Source of the DNA: an uncultured delta proteobacterium
Lineage (GTDB): Bacteria > Desulfobacterota > Syntrophobacteria > BM002
Reading direction: 5' to 3'
Length of the DNA stretch: 64,000 nt
Assembly: GCA_963712115.1 (NCBI GenBank)
Contig: CAVQGX010000027.1
Location: forward strand, 64,001-128,000
Shown: piece after piece, positions 1-12,003 of the stretch
Numbering within the stretch: the stretch's first letter is position 1
Layout: every line of letters begins with the position of its first letter
The notes under the pieces: model-generated
Told to the model about the DNA's origin: nothing
What the model saw: only the letters and a program-made list of their open reading frames with translations
Databases searched by the model: none
Position numbers and translations under genes: made by a program

Positions 1-209
1 GCCAGAGCGTCATAGCCCGTCATAACGAGATAGCTCAAAAAAGTGAGAGCCAGGGCGGCGAAAAATCTTTCTCCCGGTAGGTTCTCGAGGCTCTGGATGA
101 TGTCGTGAAAACGGTACGCTTTGAGCTGATGATGCAGCACCCAGAGGGCCCCGGCAAAAAGCAGCAACCCTAACAGGGGGCCAATCCTGTGCAAGAGTCT
201 TGACCTCAT
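1..209 (-). CDS. mprF: MprF-like lysyl-phosphatidylglycerol flippase/synthase, N-terminal part (runs off the window start)
   Basis: Not in ORF track. Manual translation from ATG at 209: MRSRLLHRIGPLLGLLLFAGALWVLHHQLKAYRFHDII...ALTFLSYLVMTGYDAL, resembling the MprF flippase N-terminus (SY..xTGYDAL). Starts 34 bp after the mgtA stop. Confidence 0.75.
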   Translation of the reverse strand, partial: MRSRLLHRIGPLLGLLLFAGALWVLHHQLKAYRFHDIIQSLENLPGERFFAALALTFLSYLVMTGYDAL

Positions 210-243
210 TGACGGGCTATCTGAAGCAGGCACAACTTCCATG

Positions 244-2766
<2,523 letters not shown>

Positions 2767-2807
2767 ACCGGCTTCCTCCTCGATAACTGCTCACCGAAGG
2801 CCTGAAA

Positions 2808-3398
2808 CTACGAGTTTCCCGATGACTTTGAAAGAGCGCTCTTGCTTTTCCTGCCTCGGTAGAGGTGCACGATCCAGACTAATAAACCAATTATTGAGAT
2901 TGCAAAAAGTGCTTCAACTTCGTAGCGTTTGACGTCTCCAATGACCACCTCCAAAGCAGAGCCGAATAAGTAGCCTCCAGTACCGACAACCACCGCCCAG
3001 ACCAACGCTCCAATGGCGTTAAGGAGGATGAATCGGCGCACTGGAACTGAGCTCATGCCAATGACGAAGGGAGACACTGTGCGCAATCCATATAAAAAAC
3101 GAAAAATCAAAATAAAGGGCGTCCGGAAGCGTTCAAGCAGCCTGTTGGCCTTGTCAGCCCGGGCTTTCCATGTGGGCCGCCTGGCCAGAACCGCCTGACT
3201 ATGCTTCCGGCCCAGAAAGAAAAAGAACTGGTCGCCGCAGAGGCTACCGAAAAAAGCTGCGACGATCACCCAAGGCAATGCCAGATATCCCCGGTGGGCT
3301 GCAAAGCCGCCCAAGACAAGAATGGTCTCGCCCTCGAGGCAGGTCCCGATCAGCACCGCCACATAACCATAGGTGTCAACAATAGATTCCAGTGTCAT
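2808..3398 (-). CDS. DedA family membrane protein
   Basis: GYVAVLIGTCLEGE, GDQFFFFLGR and RFLYGLR DedA motifs. Start moved to ATG at 3398 (MTLESIV). Confidence 0.85.
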   Translation of the reverse strand: MTLESIVDTYGYVAVLIGTCLEGETILVLGGFAAHRGYLALPWVIVAAFFGSLCGDQFFFFLGRKHSQAVLARRPTWKARADKANRLLERFRTPFILIFRFLYGLRTVSPFVIGMSSVPVRRFILLNAIGALVWAVVVGTGGYLFGSALEVVIGDVKRYEVEALFAISIIGLLVWIVHLYRGRKSKSALSKSSGNS

Positions 3399-3603
3399 TA
3401 TAAGTAACGCTCCTCTTACTTGAGGTGTCCCTGTTGATCTCGACAGGGCTCCGAATCTCCCGTGGATCAATTATGCCGAGGCAGAACTTTTTTCTATTAG
3501 TTGCTTCAATTTGTTCAGCATGGCGGGATTCTCCTAAAAAAGAGATTGTGCTGGCAAAATCAATTATCTTCTTTTTTCAGGTATGTTTTTACTGACTATA
3601 TTT

Positions 3604-3765
3604 TTAGATAATGCGATCCACCTTGTAAAGAATGGCTACTATTAAGATTGCCCCCCCGAGCATCCAGGTTGGACCAAAGTGCCAGAGGACGAATGGAACA
3701 GCAAGGTAATAGGCTCTCATGCCCAGGGTGTAATGAGTGGTCCCGCGGTTAAGAACTTTGGTGAC
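3604..3765 (-). pseudogene. 5'-truncated remnant of a DUF599-like membrane protein gene
   Basis: Manual translation VTKVLNRGTTHYTLGMRAYYLAVPFVLWHFGPTWMLGGAILIVAILYKVDRII* resembles the DUF599 C-terminus. An in-frame stop lies about 20 codons upstream and no N-terminal half is recognisable. Confidence 0.55.
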
Positions 3766-4229
3766 GGTAGGTAGATTGCACCCACTCCAGTCGCAGGTGG
3801 TTGGTGAGGCCGATGGAGGTTGTCATGGGTGCTTTGCGTAGTTGGTGAATAAGATGAATGTGATATATAAGCAGAATAAGAAATGCTGTTGAGGTAACGA
3901 ATATTTCGATCACTGGCAGGGATATCATGAGCTGCTATTCTCGCTAATTGATATTTTTCTCCTCTACCTCTTGTCTGGTCTGGGAGATTATTTCCTTGAT
4001 GTGGAGTTTAGCTAAGGATCTGACAGCGACGAGCCGAGTTTCCAAGCATACTAACACAGAATGGCTCATGATATGAAGATCCTAAATTTTCAGAGACCAG
4101 GGAATGGTAACAACTAGGCCGCGGGCTTTTTTGATGATATAGGGCCTTATACTGGAAAGCCGGGAGCAAGGGGAAAAAGCTCACATTTTATGTGGCTTTG
4201 GCTTCGCAATTTTGGAAAAGGGAGCGACT

Positions 4230-4937
4230 ATGGAAAAAGATACAGAAAAAACGGTTAACTGTCAGGTGTGTAAGCAAGCGAAAATCATGGACGAGGTTCT
4301 TTATGCTGAACTGGTTCGCCCCTCAGTGGTTGAGACCATTCGAAAAAAATTCCCTGACTGGTCTGACTCTGGCTATATTTGCCTCAATGACCTAAATCAC
4401 TTCAGGGCAGAGTATGTTGAAGACGTCCTTGTGGCGGATAAAGGGGAGCTGTCTCTGCTCGAGTCTGAGGTGGTGAGAAGCATGACGGAGCACGAGTTAC
4501 TTTCCCGGGACATAAACACCGATTTCAGAGAACAACTGACCCTCGGCCAGCGCATGGCAGACAGGGTGGCCGAGTTCGGTGGAAGCTGGAATTTCATCCT
4601 CTGCTTCGCTGCCGTTATGCTCTTTTGGATAGTTACGAACTCCATTGCCCTTATCTGGCGTCCATTCGATCCCTACCCCTTTATTCTTCTCAACCTGGTA
4701 CTCTCGTGCCTGGCGGCCATGCAGGCGCCCGTCATTATGATGAGTCAGAACCGACAGGAGGCCAAAGATCGCTTGCGCGCCGAACATGAGTATCGGGTAA
4801 ATCTCAAAGCCGAACTAGAAATCCGCCATCTGAACGAGAAGATTGACCACCTAATTATCCACCAGTGGGAGAGGCTCCTGGAGATTCAGCAGATTCAGAT
4901 GGAACTCATGGAAGAACTGGTGCCCAAAAATAGATGA
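4230..4937 (+). CDS. DUF1003 domain membrane protein
   Basis: ADRVAEFGGSW, FDPYPFILLNLVLSCLAAMQAPVIMMSQNRQ; N-terminal CxxC...C segment. Confidence 0.85.
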   Translation: MEKDTEKTVNCQVCKQAKIMDEVLYAELVRPSVVETIRKKFPDWSDSGYICLNDLNHFRAEYVEDVLVADKGELSLLESEVVRSMTEHELLSRDINTDFREQLTLGQRMADRVAEFGGSWNFILCFAAVMLFWIVTNSIALIWRPFDPYPFILLNLVLSCLAAMQAPVIMMSQNRQEAKDRLRAEHEYRVNLKAELEIRHLNEKIDHLIIHQWERLLEIQQIQMELMEELVPKNR

Positions 4938-5058
4938 AGAAGCTGATGCGAAACTATGGTGGCAGGGAGATTAAAGAAAACCGCATCCCCCGGAGGGCTC
5001 ACCGCAATATCGGGGAACAAAGCCCTTATGATACTGATTAGTTATCAAGGAGGAGAGC

Positions 5059-6033
5059 ATGGTAAACAATGACGGGCTGATAGCAGCCTACATTCTTGAT
5101 GGAAACGGAGGCGGAAAGAGAGTTGGGTGGAAGGAGATCCAGGAGTGGACGCCTACAGCCGGATTACTCTGGGTCCACCTTAACTTCGAAGCCCCTGAGG
5201 CGCAACGGTGGATCAAGGAGGAAAGTCAACTGGAGGATGTTGTAGGCGATGCCTTGTTAGCGGAGGAAAGTCGTCCCCGCATCACAACCTTTGATGATGG
5301 CGTACTGGTCGCTTTGAGAGGGGTAAACCTCAATCCTGGAGCAGACCCGGAGGATATGGTATCGCTGCGCATGTGGGCGGAGAAAAACCGGATCATTACG
5401 ACCCGTAGACGAAAGCTGATGTCAGTGGCAGATCTGTGCACTGCCATAGAAAAAGGTAAGGGACCCAGAACGTCCGGCGAATTGCTGGAGGATGTGGCAG
5501 ATCGCCTCATGGTTCGCATGGGTGGTGTGATTAATGAGCTTGAAGACAAGGCGGCGGAGCTGGAAGAAGCAGTGCTGACGGAGGAGAGCCACGAACTGCG
5601 CCCCAAGCTCGCCGCGATCCGGCGAGACGCAATTAACCTCCGGAGGTATATGGCACCGCAGCGGGAGGCCATAGCACGATTGCAGGGTGAAAAGATTTCC
5701 TGGCTTGCCGAAGAAGACAGGGTGCGTCTTCGAGAAACATATGACCGGTTAACCCGCTACATAGAAGATCTGGATGCAGCGCGGGAGCGTGCTGCTGTTA
5801 CCCAAGAAGAGCTCATTAGCCGTTTATCAGAACAAATGGATAATCGTATGTATGTTCTGTCCATAGTCGCTGCTATTTTTCTACCACTTGGCTTTCTGAC
5901 CGGTCTCCTTGGTATTAATGTGGGGGGCGTTCCGGGTACTGAGTATAAAGCCGCATTCGCCATCTTTTGCATGTTGCTAGTGGCACTAGTCGTTATCGAA
6001 CTGATTATCTTTAAAAAAAAGAAATGGATGTAA
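5059..6033 (+). CDS. zntB: CorA-family zinc transporter ZntB
   Basis: LRGVNLNPGADPEDMVSLR, C-terminal FLPLGFLTGLLGINVGG (GIN signature), AGGAGG RBS. Confidence 0.85.
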   Translation: MVNNDGLIAAYILDGNGGGKRVGWKEIQEWTPTAGLLWVHLNFEAPEAQRWIKEESQLEDVVGDALLAEESRPRITTFDDGVLVALRGVNLNPGADPEDMVSLRMWAEKNRIITTRRRKLMSVADLCTAIEKGKGPRTSGELLEDVADRLMVRMGGVINELEDKAAELEEAVLTEESHELRPKLAAIRRDAINLRRYMAPQREAIARLQGEKISWLAEEDRVRLRETYDRLTRYIEDLDAARERAAVTQEELISRLSEQMDNRMYVLSIVAAIFLPLGFLTGLLGINVGGVPGTEYKAAFAIFCMLLVALVVIELIIFKKKKWM

Positions 6034-6419
6034 CATCACTTTGGACACCTGTTATTAAGGTCTAATAAGTCTGGGGATAAATCACTACACCCAGCGCTTT
6101 TTTCTGATCAAAACCAGAAGATGATGTGTGTTAAATTGTTCGGATAATTTTTAAATTTTCTGCTATTGACCGGATTAGCTGGGCATTAGCCTGTGCCATT
6201 CCGGCGAGCGAACGCCGAGCGTTTTTCAAGATAGTAAAGTATGGGAACAGTTATCCTTAGTGCGTCATTGAGGTGCAAGCCCTGGTTCTGGGGGATGCTG
6301 GACAAATACTCGGGCCCATGAGTATACTGCAGTTGAGAAAAGTAAAATCCACCTGAAGAGGTTGTCGGACAACACCGCTGAGGGGACTTTGTGGTTTTTT
6401 TACTACAGGGAGGTTTGGC

Positions 6420-7019
6420 ATGAGAAAATTTGTTGTTTTTTTTCTCTCCTTCGTGCTGGCTGGCTTTTTTTCCTTTGCCAGCGCTGAGTCGAAAGAGTCG
6501 GCAAAACCATTCGGTTTCACCATTGACAAGACCTCATATGAGGAAGCCCTGGGGATCGTTCAAGCACGCAAGTGGAGATATCAGGAGTACGAGAAAAAGC
6601 AGTTCAAGGAAATCGACAAAAAAGATCCATTACGGGGCAAGAACACCTTCCTCAAGGTTTTGCCGGGAGATTTGGAAGGGGTAAGAAGCATTTTTGTCTT
6701 TTTTGACAACAAGTCCACCCTGGAAGCCATCATGGTCGTCATAGACCCGAAAATGTTTGACGGTGTCCTGCGAGTGCTCGATAGTAAATACAGCCAGGTG
6801 GAAAGAAATTTGTCCGGAGAAAAACTCGATGAGCCCTACCCATATGTCTTGTGGGAAAAGGGAACTGACTATATCGAATTACAGAAGGTGAGTGCTCATC
6901 GAGTCAGGGTGCTGTACGTTAACAAGGCGGTCTATGCCAATTACAGGGATTTTTTGAATACGAGCTACGAACGCTACGTGGGAAAGCTGGAAAAAAAGGA
7001 TTGGATGAACGAACTTTGA
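6420..7019 (+). CDS. Hypothetical exported protein
   Basis: 199-aa ORF with GGAGG RBS and a signal-peptide-like N-terminus ending ASA. Confidence 0.7.
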   Translation: MRKFVVFFLSFVLAGFFSFASAESKESAKPFGFTIDKTSYEEALGIVQARKWRYQEYEKKQFKEIDKKDPLRGKNTFLKVLPGDLEGVRSIFVFFDNKSTLEAIMVVIDPKMFDGVLRVLDSKYSQVERNLSGEKLDEPYPYVLWEKGTDYIELQKVSAHRVRVLYVNKAVYANYRDFLNTSYERYVGKLEKKDWMNEL

Positions 7020-7029
7020 TCCGGTGAGG

Positions 7030-7140
7030 TGCGAGGAATCTCGACGCTGGTAATATCAACGGTTAACGAGATTCTTCGTCGTCCCGCCAAAGCCGGGACT
7101 CCTCAGAATGACGGTTTGGGGGCTTTTTCAATACCCTGCT
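7030..7140. repeat. REP/MITE-like palindrome (GAATCT...AGATTCTTCG...CTCAGAATGAC family)
   Basis: Shares gaatctcgac / gagattcttcg / ctcagaatgac blocks with 18242-18378; internal hairpin gtcccgccaaagccgggac. Confidence 0.6.
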
Positions 7141-7254
7141 GGAGCGCCAAGGTATATTCTTCTTTCAACCTTCAAATAAATCTTGCCGAAATATTTTGCC
7201 TTGGCTTTGCCAACCTCGTGTATACTTTCCATTCAATTACTACCCTTTATCAGA

Positions 7255-7400
7255 ACTATTGAGCGCGATCAGTCCCGCCACGGCGGGACGCTCAGCCATC
7301 AGCAAAATACATGTAAATACAACATATCAAGCTGACCGCTGATTGCTGAATGCTGACAGCTCCATCCGAGAATCTCGGATTCCCGGATGGACACTAATTA
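7255..7400. repeat. Short-period palindromic element (TCAGC.. / ..GCTGA heptamers)
   Basis: ctcagccatcagc ... gctgaccgctgattgctgaatgctga inverted arms, plus hairpins gtcccgccacggcgggac and tccatccg...cggatgga. Confidence 0.55.
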
Positions 7401-7499
7401 CTGAAATCTAACTGAGACAGCGGCCAAAGGCGCGACTGTTTATTTGTCCAGCGGGGCATTATCTTCGGATGACAAGATCAAAGTTTAGGAGCCAATAAA

Positions 7500-10082
7500 A
7501 TGATTCAAAAAAAGTCGCTATTTTCCTGGATTCTTCAGCGGTACCGCGGACTTCAGCTCCTCTTGCTCGGCCTCATTGCGGTGACCGTTTTTTTCCGCGT
7601 TGTTCCCCTGGAGCTGCAGAAGCGGATAATCAACAGGGCCATCAGTCTAAAGAAGATGGATCTGCTTTTCATCTACTGTAGTTTCTATCTGGTGGCGGTA
7701 ATACTTGCCGGCTCTTTGAAGTACCTTATCAACGTACTGCAGGGGTATATAGGACAGAAGATTCTCTACGAGATAAGGACCGAACTCTACCAGCACGTTC
7801 TCCGCTTACCGCTGCCTTTTTTCCGCCGCACTCCGCCAGGGATGGTTATCAGTTCTCTCACCTCGGAGCTGGCTGGGGTGGGCGATTTCCTGGGCGGCGC
7901 CCTGGCTGTGCCGGTAATAAATGTCCTCACCCTGTGCACCTTTGCCGGTTACCTGCTCTATCTCAATCCACTGCTTGCACTTCTGAGCTTCGGTATTTAC
8001 CCCATTGAGATCGCCATCATCCCCATGCTTCAGAAGCGCTATAACCGGATCAACTTTGAGCGTATCGACGTTAATCGCTCCCTGAGCAACACTATTGGTG
8101 AAGCAATTGCTGGAGTACATGAAGTCCAGGCACACGGCGGCTATCCCATCGAAGGGAAGAAATTTGGAACTTTTGCTGCCAAACTGGTTGATCTTCGTAA
8201 ACGGATGTACGTCCTCAACTACGGCATCAAGTTCACCAACAACTTCTTCCAGAATCTGGGCCCTTTTCTCCTCTTTCTCCTGGGGGGATATCTTACCATG
8301 GTTGGGCGCTTCGATCTGGGCGCCCTGGTCGCCTTCCTCTCGGCTAACGAAAAGCTCTACGATCCCTGGAGGGAAATTATGGATTACTACCAGGACCTTC
8401 AGGACAGCCGGGTTAGATATCGGAGGGTGATGGACTATTTTGACGCTGAACCAGAATTTCCCCTGGCGCCAACAGATCGTCAGCCCTATGAATTGGCAGG
8501 AGGAATCGAGGTAGAAGACTTGAGTTACATTGCTGAGGGACGGGCACAGTTGTTGGACCAGATTTCCCTGAGCCTCGAGCCTGGCAAACAGCTGGCCCTG
8601 GTTGGATTTTCGGGCAGCGGCAAGAGCACCCTGGCGCTGGTTTTGGGGCAGCTTTATTCATACGACAAGGGGCATGTTTTGCTGGACAATAGAGAACTGA
8701 AAACCCTTACCAAAATAGACGTAAGTCGAAACATCGGTTTCGTCTCGCAGCAGTCTTTCATATTCGACGGCACCATTCGGGAAAATTTACTTTATGCCTG
8801 CCAGGCCCTGATTACAGTTGAGGGTCCGGGTGAGAGGAAATCACTCCCGGACCGCCAGCGAATTCTTCAACTGGTGCGAGAGGTGGGACTGGGAGATGAT
8901 ATTTTACGCTTCGGCCTCAACACGGTAGTGCCAGAAAGTCGCCGTCAGGATCTGGTACCTCAATTGCTCAGACTCCGACAGATCTTCCACGGCCAGTGGG
9001 GGGGCGAGGTGGCTGAGCTGGTTGAATTCTTTGACGTCACCCAATTTCTCCAGCACCGAACTCTATATGGGAACATAGTGTTCGGTGATCCCGACCGCGA
9101 AGAGTATGAACTCAACAATCTGCCGAAAAATCCAACCTTTATAAGACTCCTGCGAGATACGGGTCTTTATCAGCCCCTTCTCGATCTGGGCAAAAGTTTG
9201 TTGGAGCGCACGGTGAGATTGTCCAAGGAGGTTGGCCAGGATTTTTCCCTTTTGGAAAACATTCCAATAGGTGCGGATCAGTTCGAGCAGTACAGGGAAC
9301 TGATGCGTCATATCTACGGAGCTCAACTGAATCAGTTGACCGGGAAAGATAACGAACTATTGCTTCGCCTGGCTTTGCAGTTTATCCCAGCCGAACATAA
9401 AATTGTGCAGTTACCCTTTTCCCTTGAAGAAAAGATCTTGACGACTCGGCACAAGTTCATCCGGGAGATTGGAGGGAAGAACTTACTCGAATGTCAATTC
9501 GGTGCAGAGGCAGATTTTCCGGATGAAATCAAAGGCAAAAGAGAAATAACCGACTTTTCGGTCTACTGCCCGACGCAATACCTCTACAGTAAGACCCTTC
9601 TTGATAATATCCTTTTCGGCCGAGTCAGAAAGGATCAGCCCCAGGCCTTGGAAAAGGTGCAGGAGCTGGTGGTGCAGCTATTGAATAACGAAAATCTTCT
9701 TGATGAGGTGCTTGATATGGGTCTGGACTTCCAGGTGGGAAGCAAGGGAGATCGACTCTCCGGTGGGCAGAAACAGAAGGTAGCCCTGATACGGGCTTTG
9801 CTCAAGGAACCACGAATCCTGATTCTAGACGAAGCCACGGCCAGTCTGGACAATGCCTCACAGGCACGCATTCAACGATTACTGGAGACGGATCTGAGAG
9901 GAAAGTGCACGGTGGTGGCAGTAGTTCACCGGCTTGACACGGTAACGGCCTATGACCAGATTGCAGTTTTGAAGGGCGGTCAGTTGGTGGAGAGGGGTAC
10001 GTACGAGCAACTCATGGCAGCAGAAGGTGTTTTCTATAATCTCAAACAAGGAATTGCGGGGTTGTCGAATGCGACGACGTGA
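7500..10082 (+). CDS. ABC transporter, fused permease/ATP-binding protein with a large insertion inside the NBD
   Basis: N-terminal TM domain; Walker A GFSGSGKST (aa ~369), signature LSGGQ (aa ~753), Walker B ILILDEATASLD, H-loop VHRL. Confidence 0.85.
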   Translation: MIQKKSLFSWILQRYRGLQLLLLGLIAVTVFFRVVPLELQKRIINRAISLKKMDLLFIYCSFYLVAVILAGSLKYLINVLQGYIGQKILYEIRTELYQHVLRLPLPFFRRTPPGMVISSLTSELAGVGDFLGGALAVPVINVLTLCTFAGYLLYLNPLLALLSFGIYPIEIAIIPMLQKRYNRINFERIDVNRSLSNTIGEAIAGVHEVQAHGGYPIEGKKFGTFAAKLVDLRKRMYVLNYGIKFTNNFFQNLGPFLLFLLGGYLTMVGRFDLGALVAFLSANEKLYDPWREIMDYYQDLQDSRVRYRRVMDYFDAEPEFPLAPTDRQPYELAGGIEVEDLSYIAEGRAQLLDQISLSLEPGKQLALVGFSGSGKSTLALVLGQLYSYDKGHVLLDNRELKTLTKIDVSRNIGFVSQQSFIFDGTIRENLLYACQALITVEGPGERKSLPDRQRILQLVREVGLGDDILRFGLNTVVPESRRQDLVPQLLRLRQIFHGQWGGEVAELVEFFDVTQFLQHRTLYGNIVFGDPDREEYELNNLPKNPTFIRLLRDTGLYQPLLDLGKSLLERTVRLSKEVGQDFSLLENIPIGADQFEQYRELMRHIYGAQLNQLTGKDNELLLRLALQFIPAEHKIVQLPFSLEEKILTTRHKFIREIGGKNLLECQFGAEADFPDEIKGKREITDFSVYCPTQYLYSKTLLDNILFGRVRKDQPQALEKVQELVVQLLNNENLLDEVLDMGLDFQVGSKGDRLSGGQKQKVALIRALLKEPRILILDEATASLDNASQARIQRLLETDLRGKCTVVAVVHRLDTVTAYDQIAVLKGGQLVERGTYEQLMAAEGVFYNLKQGIAGLSNATT

Positions 10083-10341
10083 AGCAATGTGAGAAGAATA
10101 ATCAGGAGTTTCCCCAAAAATCAGCGTATGATTCTTCTAACCTGTTTTTAACAGCCACTTTACATTGGCATGCAAATGTGATTACCTTTGCTGATGTCTC
10201 TTCAGTCGTTCCAGGGCTCACGGTCTGGTCACTTCTAGCCCAGCTGTGCCCGGGGGAAGGCACCCCCTCCCTGTCCCCGCCTTCGCAAAGCTTCGGCGGG
10301 CCAGGGGCTCCCCCAGTCACAGCCGGGGAAGTGAAACAGAC

Positions 10342-10566
10342 CTTCCGCAGTCACTCAGAAGAAACATCATCAAAGGCCAAAAGGGAAGGCTGCGAAACAA
10401 CGAGCATCTGAGCAACCTGTCTTTACGCATCTAAGTCTCGAAAGGGCCTGCATGAAGATGTGGTGCTTCCTCTACTTGGACACTGCCAATAAATGGCGCG
10501 AATATGATGGTTGTGGAGTAGCCTTCCCGTGGCCTGTGTCACAAAAATATTTTTGGGGAAACTCCT
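10342..10566. repeat. ~225-bp dispersed repeat, copy 1
   Basis: Colinear near-identity with 38247-38470, e.g. gctgcgaaacaacgagcatctgagcaacctgtcttt and ctgccaataaatggcgcgaatatgat. Confidence 0.85.
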
Positions 10567-10588
10567 CGGAAAGAATACTGAGTTTGAG

Positions 10589-11758
10589 CTAGATCACCCC
10601 GCCAAGGTGATCAGTGCCTGCCGGTTGAAGGAGTTTGAAGAGGGTCGGGCCGAGAAGGCAGGTGAGAAGAGCAAGAAGGACGATTGAATCCTTCATGGCT
10701 GGCGAGATCAACCCTTCCCGCAGACCTATTTCCGCAGCGGCCATGATGAGACTCAGACGCGCAGAGAGGAGAATCCCCGCCGTCATAGCTGCCCTCAAAG
10801 AGATGCGCTGCAGGGTGAATATCAGGCTGGGAACCAGTTTGACCAGTATGGCCAGGGCGAGAAGCTTGAGGGTGAAATGAAGCTGTCCTGGGCGCAGCAC
10901 GTTGGTCAAGTCGAACTCCGCCCCGACGTTAATAAAAAAAATTGGGATGAGAAAACCGAAGCCCAGGGCCGATAGTTTACTCTCCAACTGCCCCTTCTCG
11001 CGGAATACGAAGGAGAGCACGCAACCACCCAGAAAGGCACCCAAAACGGGTTCGAGATGGACTAGCTCGGATACGGCCACAAAGAGAAAGAGAAGGGCCA
11101 GGGAAAGCCTGACCCCGAGTTCTTGTGCATCCTGTGAACCGAGGAAACGGGCCGCTCTCTCCGGGTTCCACCATGCCCAGAGTCGCCCTGCCCACAGTAT
11201 GATGCCGAAGCCGATGAAGAGGGGAAGGGGTGAGATGAAATGCCAGCCTAGCCCGTAGTCGCGCCAGAGGATAAAAAAGGTGATGCCAAAGAGGGTAAGA
11301 AAGTCGGCTAACGAGGCTGCTATTAGGATACTTTGCCCGAAAGGGGATTTCTGTATGCCCACCTCTTTTATGGTCGGCATTACCAGTCCCAATGAAGTGG
11401 TGGTAAGCACCAGGGCCATGAACATTCCGCTCCCGAGGTAGACGGTGAAGAGGAATGACAGGCCCAGGGTGGCTCCGAAAATAAGCAACTGGAAAGAGAG
11501 TTGGCCCCGGCTTTGTTTCAGCAGCATGCCAAAGTCAATCTCCATGCCTGCATGAAACATGAGAAGAAGAAAACCAAGGTGGGCGAGAAACTGGATCCAC
11601 TCGCCGCTGAACTGCACGTGGAGGAAACTTTTTCCTAGAATTACGCCGAAAAGAATCTCCATTACTGGAGCCGGGAGTCGTAACGGCCGGCTAAGGCTGG
11701 GCAGAATGGCTGCGGCCAGGGAAACGAGCAGAAGAGATTCAGCTTGATTGAGGACCAT
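10589..11758 (-). CDS. Cation:proton antiporter (CPA2 / Na_H_Exchanger), membrane domain only
   Basis: LGFLLLMFHAGMEID, TTSLGLVMP, LGAFLGG, FLIPIFFINVG; highly hydrophobic. Start moved to ATG at 11758. Confidence 0.85.
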   Translation of the reverse strand: MVLNQAESLLLVSLAAAILPSLSRPLRLPAPVMEILFGVILGKSFLHVQFSGEWIQFLAHLGFLLLMFHAGMEIDFGMLLKQSRGQLSFQLLIFGATLGLSFLFTVYLGSGMFMALVLTTTSLGLVMPTIKEVGIQKSPFGQSILIAASLADFLTLFGITFFILWRDYGLGWHFISPLPLFIGFGIILWAGRLWAWWNPERAARFLGSQDAQELGVRLSLALLFLFVAVSELVHLEPVLGAFLGGCVLSFVFREKGQLESKLSALGFGFLIPIFFINVGAEFDLTNVLRPGQLHFTLKLLALAILVKLVPSLIFTLQRISLRAAMTAGILLSARLSLIMAAAEIGLREGLISPAMKDSIVLLALLTCLLGPTLFKLLQPAGTDHLGGVI

Positions 11759-11789
11759 AACTGTTTGCCGATGAAGGAGGAGGTTATTC

Positions 11790-12002
11790 AAGGACCCGAC
11801 TTTGGGCTGCCCTCAGAGGCGGCTTCTATGGAACCTATCAAATTCCAAATCACAAATCTCAAACAAATACCAAGTTCCAATATCAAATGACCAAAACAAG
11901 GTTTGGAATTTTGAATTTTGGTCATTGTTATTTGTTTGAGATTTGTGATTTGGAATTTGTATTTATCTAGTATCCCAAAACAGCCAGGGCCAGGATTCTT
12001 TA
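11790..12002. repeat. MITE-like element with internal heptamer palindrome (AAATCAC/AAATTCC family)
   Basis: aaattccaaatcacaaatctcaaacaaat...atttgtttgagatttgtgatttggaattt arms; ends gggccaggattcttta like the copies at 39.4 and 51.6 kb. Confidence 0.8.
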
Positions 12003-12003
12003 C

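Noticed and set aside
3480-4200. M-box riboswitch or mgtL-type leader peptide upstream of dedA-mgtA
   Set aside because: No recognisable M-box core on the coding strand and no convincing Pro-rich leader ORF; part of the region is explained by a gene relic.
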